Below, piece after piece: positions 52,512 through 59,385 of a DNA stretch of 59,385 nucleotides. The DNA lies in contig JNEM01011972.1 in NCBI GenBank assembly GCA_000697335.1, positions 1 to 59,385 on the forward strand, read 5' to 3'. Numbering within the stretch: position 1 is the first letter of the stretch; each line of letters opens with the position of its first letter. Made by a program: the position numbers and the translations under genes. The DNA is from Conidiobolus incongruus B7586 (Eukaryota). The notes below the pieces were generated by a model. It was not told the DNA's origin. It saw only the letters and a list, made by a program, of their open reading frames with translations, and ran no database searches.

Positions 52512-55362
52512 TTTGGTATTTAAGAATTTATATTAAACCCTGTACAACTGAGAATGATCGTGGGAGAGTTCTTAAAGGAAACACAGTTAGTCAATTTGAT
52601 CAGCGATTTCAAAATAATATTGAAATTATAATAAATGATAATTTATAATTGATTTTTATACCTTTATTGATATAATATTATTGAAATGAATTGAAGAAAC
52701 TAGTTGAGTTAGCCGAAAACATGGTCAATGCTACATTTAAACCCCACACAGTTTCAATTTCACTAAACCCCACTTTTTCTAATTTCCCAATTTGAAATTC
52801 TTAGAAATTATTCACTTCTAATTTTAATCCAATAGTATTATTGGTTTCACAACACTTGACGTGATTGTTGGATATAATGATACCATTGATTTTACTAGTG
52901 AAACTTTTTTGAGAATGACTTCTTAATTATTTACAGAATATTGAATGGTGTATATGTATGCGATCTGTGATCGAGGTGATTACGACCTTATATCCAATAT
53001 AACAATAAGGAAAATCTATTTGGACTAGAAGTTTAAGGATGGAATAATTGAAACCATATGAAAATCTATCAAAATTTGAGTTTATTTAATATATAGAAAT
53101 TAAGTGAATATACTATTAATTGATGTCACAGTGTAAATTGTAATATATATTTTATTTACCTCGGATATTTTCAACTTAATTTAAATCATCATATATTATG
53201 TCATTTAATTTAGATCTAATAAACTTATTTTAATACTTTTAATATACACCACTGTTTACATTGACTCAGAATAGGGATATTTTGAATCGATTGTCCAATA
53301 TTACTAATATTTTAATATTTTATATTATTAATCAATTCCTATATGATTTCATATATAACAGTTTTTACTTTATTTCTCATCAGAATGAGGATATAATTCT
53401 TAAGAATTATTAGTTTTTCAAATTCTAGAGTTAATGCTTAATTTTTATTCTATTTTCAATTTATAATATGAATAAATCATTAGTAAACCAAAAAATTTAG
53501 AGATACAGAAAATATAAATTGGAAGGACATTAAAATTATATTACATTTTTAATTTAACTATATATTATTCATTAACAAATATTTAACCCGATTAAATTTT
53601 TTAGATTATATTTGTTTCTATATCGAAATTTTTTATATTAAGTTAAGAATTTCAGTGCAAAATGCTCTCAATTTAAACTAAGCAAAGAATTGAATATCAT
53701 TCACTAAAACTCAATTAAAATCACATCAATCTACCTTCTAGCATTTTCAAATATTGTATTAGAGTATTTGCAATTAAAATTAAGAAATTTATAGATCTAT
53801 TATTTGAAAGTAAAATATTGAATATTGGAATACAATGTATTACATCAGTTTTAATTAATTTTAAATATTTTAGATATTCTGTACTTTGGATAAAAAATTA
53901 TGAATATTAAGCTCTTTAATTTTCTAATTATGGAAAATATCCTGAAACAAAATATCACAAAAATTTTGTTTATCATTTTAATTGTACATAATTGGAAAAT
54001 CAAAACTACAGGATTTGGTAGCAATTTAAATTATCAAATCCTGAGTATTTGTGGTATTCTTCTAGTCAATGATGCTGACATGATACAATTTACTGGACCA
54101 TATTGCAGCTAATTATAATTTTCATTTTGGGTTGCTGGTAGATAAAATAACTAATATAATAATAATTAAACATGAGTCATGAGATTTTTTGTAGTACTCA
54201 ATTATATATATATTCATTACATATAAATTTGTATGAAATCAGTAATAAATTCAACTAATGATATCTAAATCTTCAATAATAATGTAATAGTTGAGAGTGC
54301 ATTGTTAATTAGACTTTGAGCAAGTTCAATTAACATATAAAATTAATGGATTATTATATTAATTTATGGATGAGGTTTATTTGCAAATGGAGTAAATATA
54401 ATCAATCTACTATATTTACCTTGTCTCAAAATACATAATTGATACTCTCGAATATATGTGTATTTAATTAAAATTTTGTCAAAATTAGAGGTGATAATAT
54501 TTGAGAGTACTTAGTAATATCAAAAATATCATTATAATTTTCTTAAGCTATAAATAGCTTTAATTTTAAAAAATTAATGTTTGTAGTAATAGATGATTTT
54601 TTAAATATATTAGTATTAAATTATCAAAGGTATACATTATACTCTAAATATCAAATGATAATAATTATTCCCAATGTGATATTCTGAAAATTTTAAAATA
54701 TAAAACTCAGTCAATATTTGAAATAAATTATTTCACATTAATAAATAACAAAATATTATTTGTATCAAACCTGTTCTACATTATTTTTCTAATAAGATTA
54801 CACATAGATATATTTAATGACTATAAATAAAACTCTGATTTGATAAATTTATGATATTAATAGCTAAATGAGTTTAAATGTATAAATGATCTTTTATTCG
54901 ATTATATTTAATCATAATAATGGATCATATGTATTTTTTTAATGATTGATAGCATTCATTTTTAAATAATATATATTAGATTCATCCCGTTTTAATCAAA
55001 AAGCTTTAATTATTCTAAGATGTAGTAATTAAGAAAATGAAATTAATATAGTTTCGATAATTATAAATAACATAATCCTTATTAAACCGAATATTCACAA
55101 AAAAGCAAGCAATCGATTAATGGATGATAGTTATAAATTTGATCTGTAATAGTGAATTTATTTTCATAACATGGTAGCATTAAATGAAATTACCTAAATC
55201 ATTTAAAATTAATAAACTTGATAATAATACAAAATGAATAAAAATATTTACCTTAATCCTTAAATACATTGTCAAATAATAATTAGGTGATAATAAATGA
55301 TATGAATAAAATTACGAGCATAATTAAAAGAGAAGAAACATTAAGTGGATTGTATTAATGGT

Positions 55363-57163
55363 CTATTTGCGTCCAGCTGCATAATTCATAGCCTCAAAGA
55401 TAATTGTAGCAATACCCACAACGATTTCAAGAGCTAAATGAAAGATGATGGTTTAATTAATCTTGGTTCATTGGATTGTAATTGAAAGAGTAATTAATCA
55501 ATAAATTAAATTGACTAATTTTCTGGGATGGAATAGGTCCATAATTAGATAAAATTCGTGGTTGACTGATATCAGTAATGAAAATGCTAAATATACAAAA
55601 ATCATAATTATGGATTTGTTCAGCCAGAGTATATAGAGAGAAAACAATATAATAGCGAAAATAAAAAAATAACTTACCAATAAGAATAATAACAATCCAT
55701 TCTAAGAATTCACCATGCGTTGAATTCAAGTGTTCGCGAAGCATAGCTAAGAGATCTCCAATAACATCAGTTCTTTGATTGATTAAATCAACTCTCTGGG
55801 GAATTTCTAAATAACCTATAGACAATAGTTTAATATACAGTGATATTTAAAATAAAATATAAATTACCTCTAATGGCGTTGTATAAAGGTTGTAGTCTGG
55901 GTTCAGACCAGAAAATTTCTGGAACATCTAAAATATTACTGACCAAATTGACGTTAATTTTCATAATGTACAATTGACCAATCTTCTTAGTAATACTGAT
56001 TCTACTCATATTTACTTTACCAGTTTCAGCCATGGTTTGGGGAATATGCTGAGTAGCTTCAATAGTCTCTTCGATTAAAGATTCAAATAATAGCATCTTG
56101 GTAGATTGGGCAATAGCGTGAGAAATAGTCAATTTGACCATATAGTTAGCAGAGCTCTTTAAGGTAATTACATCGTTATAAATCTTGGGTTGATAAGCGC
56201 TGTTATAATGAAAATGGAATTCTTCAAGGTCAACAGATTCTTCAGATAACTTATCAACTTCAAAAGGGATAAGAGTCTTTAAGATTTCTTTCTCTTGAGC
56301 CTGAGTTAAACCCCACATGACAACAACACCGTAATCGAAGAAGAAGAGTTCACCTACTCCAGGAATGACTACATCAATGACATTCTCGGGGTCAGAATCT
56401 AAAGCATAAATAGAGTTATCATGAGGTAAAACATGGCCAAGAGCACCATCAGCAAAGTCATTAATATAAGAAACTTTGTAAGGATTTTCAGTGCCTTCTT
56501 TCACATTAAAGTTATAGGGGGTGTAGAGACATTCATCAAAGATTTTGGGAGCTGTTTTATTTTCCTGACGTTTTGATTGGAAGTATTTTTGAAGTTGTTC
56601 CAGTTTATAACCACTAAAATATAAAAATTAATAAGTAAATAGATAATAATAGGACGAAATACTTACCCGGCAGTTGAATAGGCAGTAACTCTTGGTAAAT
56701 TAGCCTTTAATTTTTTAGAAAACTGTGTTGCTTGTCTTCTGAAAGTGCCCTCTGGAATTTGAGCTAATTGGTTATAAACCTCATCGTCATCTTCAGACAT
56801 ATCTTTGGGAACCAAATTATCGACATCATGTTCAGGGAAGAAAGCTAACTTTTGACTGGTTTTAGTTGTTCTTTTAGGTAGGTTGACTTTGGGACGATTA
56901 GTATTTGCTAAAGCTTTGGTTAGTTGTTTGTCCTTGTTTTGAGCTTGTTTGGGATCAACTTTAGTTGGACTTTTGTCAAGTGAAGCGCCGTTAACCTTGG
57001 TTTTGTCATCGACAGTTGAAGAATTACTGACAGTTGATTTGGATAGATTTGTCGAGTTAAGCAAAGGAGTTGTTTCAAAGCTTTTACTTAAGTTGAACTG
57101 TCTTGAATTCAAACTGTCTCTTGAAGCAGATTTTAAATTTGTATTTGTATTTGTATTTGACAT
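55363..57163 (-). CDS. RMD1: RMD1 / Sad1-interacting factor (DUF155) family protein, 4 exons; last intron 55434-55677
   Basis: PKRTTKTSQKL, LPRVTAYSTA, FFFDYGVVVMWG, KLTISHAIAQSTK, VNLVSNILDVPEIFW, YLEIPQRV, HGEFLEWIVIILI|ALEIVVG. Stop TAG at 55363-55365. Confidence 0.93.
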
Positions 57164-58903
57164 TGTTGAGAAATTGAATCGAAGTCAGAAGTTAGTAAAT
57201 ATAAACACTAGTTACCAAATGATATGTTAAGCTATTTAAAATGAATTATTGGAATATGAGGTATTCAATATTTGGGTAAGGGTAGTTATTGAACACAAAT
57301 GGAAAAACTAAGACGAATATGATTTCATTAAGTGGGAATTTTTAACTAAAATATTTTCCCCATTTAAGATATGGTAATAATTTATTGAGGCTGATTATTT
57401 AAGGAAATTTATTTCTATTGAAAATCACTCTAGATATTCAATCTGTCATTTCTATTAATCCTGAATATATTATGATGATCCTTACTATATTTGAAAATCA
57501 GAATCAAATATATTTAATATAGCGCCTGTTGTTTTTTACACCAAAGTCTCGTATTAATTTTATATTTGGTTAAAAATTAAATTCACTTAATTAACCCTTA
57601 AGTAATGAAAATTAGTCAGAATTTGTTACATTTAACTAAATAAAAATTAATCAAAGTATTAATGTCATTAAAAGTATTTTTTAGTGGATTATCAAATGTT
57701 TATTATAAATTTAATATTATTTCCAAATATATACCACGTTTTCAAACAGTAGGATATCAAACGATAACAACTGAATAACCGATATTTAACCATAGATATT
57801 ATATTGTTAATATATTATGATATTGAGCAAATTCACTAATAATAATATTTGATACTTGAAAAAAATATAATAGGTGTCACTGATATCGAAAATAAAATTC
57901 CTAATTAAAAAGAATATTCTAAAATGTTTGATAAATATATTACTAAATATATCAATATTTCTAATGCTTAATTTTTTTCTATATACGTATATATGGAAAT
58001 CCATGATTAAATTTACTCTCTATTCATTATTAAATCATTAGTATTACATGCAGTTAGAATTTATAATGGTATCATCTTTTTTCTGTCTTGATATTTCCAC
58101 TTAATAATATTTAAATATATTATTTTAAAAATCAAAAATATAAAATAATAAAAATACTCATTAATTAAGAACAAATTTAACTCCAATATAAGAACAAAAT
58201 TATGATTTTATTGATTTTAATAATGTATCAAAAAATATACTTTATACATTAAAATTCTGAAAATATTTTAAAATAATTAAACTTGGAACATCATAAGATA
58301 TTTTTATATTTTTAAAATGGTAATAGAATATTATGTATTTATATATATTATTAGATTGGATCAAAATTTGTAAAACTGAAAAACTATTATAATAAATAAA
58401 ATTGAAGTGAAAAATGAAATTCTATTTTCAATTTGTCCTAACTAAGGTTTTATTGGTTGAATTTGGTTATATATTAAATCAATATCTGAAAATCTATTTT
58501 AGTAATCGAGAATTGATTTTAGATTTGAAAACTATATTTATCAATTATATATTTGATATTTTTAATTATTTGCCATTATTATCTTTTTTTCTTATTTCTT
58601 TATAGTCCAAATTTTCAAAAAAAAAACAATATTGTTGATAAACAAAATTAAACATAATAAATATAAAGATTATAATATCTATTGGCAAAATATATATTTG
58701 ATATTTTTAATATTTACAATAATGTAATTATTATAGATGAAATAATAATATTAATATTATTTGTCCATTATTATAGGTATATTATAGAAAAATATAATTA
58801 AACAATTATTTGCCATAATATTATATTATTATTAATATTGCCATGATTTGAAGAATTGGGAAATTTAATTTATGAATTTTTAAATATATTATTAGTTTCG
58901 AAT

Positions 58904-58907
<4 letters not shown>

Positions 58908-58933
<26 letters not shown>
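58908..58933. repeat. (TA)n microsatellite
   Basis: Uninterrupted AT dinucleotide run. Confidence 0.85.
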
Positions 58934-58934
<1 letters not shown>

Positions 58935-59385
58935 ATAGATTTTTTAATTAAAAAATTAACCTTTTATAATAATTTTTTAATTTTATTATATTGAAATTAA
59001 ATGATAATCATCAAAATTTTTTATTTAAAGATTAGTAAAACATAATCTTAAACCCTCTCTATTTATTTAAAATCTCTAAGTAGTTTTTGAAAATAAAATA
59101 TTATTTAAATCAACTATTTATTTTTAGGTAAATTACTTCAAACTTAAAAGGAAATTATCTAAAATCTGCTACAATTTAAAAAATCAATCTTAATTATTAT
59201 TTTTCAATTATTACTAAAGTTAAAAAATTTATTAAAAGTATTATTGGGTTTTTATAAGCTTAAGGTTTATAATTAAAATAATAAAAGTAAAATATAAATG
59301 ATATTTAATCTATATTTAATTTAATTATAATAATTAATATTCTTAATAATTAAATAAAGTATTTTTTTGTTATATTTAATAAATA

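Noticed and set aside
47855..58605. Short I/L/K/N/F/Y-rich ORFs (47855-48076, 53900-54112, 57807-58004, 58414-58605)
   Set aside because: Composition mirrors AT-rich intergenic DNA; no domain or coding-like GC signal.

Overview
Very AT-rich eukaryotic nuclear DNA with short (about 45-60 nt) GT-AG introns. Gene content and style point to an early-diverging fungus; a Conidiobolus/Entomophthoromycotina-like origin is my inference and is unverified. The standard code is used, with TGA as a terminal stop. I reconstructed 19 protein-coding loci by hand-splicing: a secreted CHAP-domain protein, a small secreted protein, PP5/PPT1, an Ecm33-like GPI protein, two tandem EamA/SLC35G transporters, ESF2, an HSP20 interrupted by an in-frame TGA, eIF1A, proteasome beta-3, a TAF3-like histone-fold+PHD protein, FOL3, LRO1, an intronless ABCB/MDR1 pump, AsnRS, a TFG-like PB1 protein, TBL1/SIF2, CHO2 and RMD1. 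Non-coding candidates are a 334-bp solo-LTR-like element 60 bp upstream of LRO1, a 402-bp non-autonomous Helitron-like element, a hairpin-containing 244-nt intron in RMD1, several intergenic hairpins and microsatellites. The most striking observations are an intron-containing, secreted, bacterial-type CHAP peptidoglycan-hydrolase gene (candidate horizontally acquired antibacterial effector) paired tail-to-tail with an orphan secreted protein, the single in-frame UGA in the HSP20, and animal-like TFG and TAF3-PHD architectures. No tRNA, rRNA or CRISPR was seen. No database searches were run.
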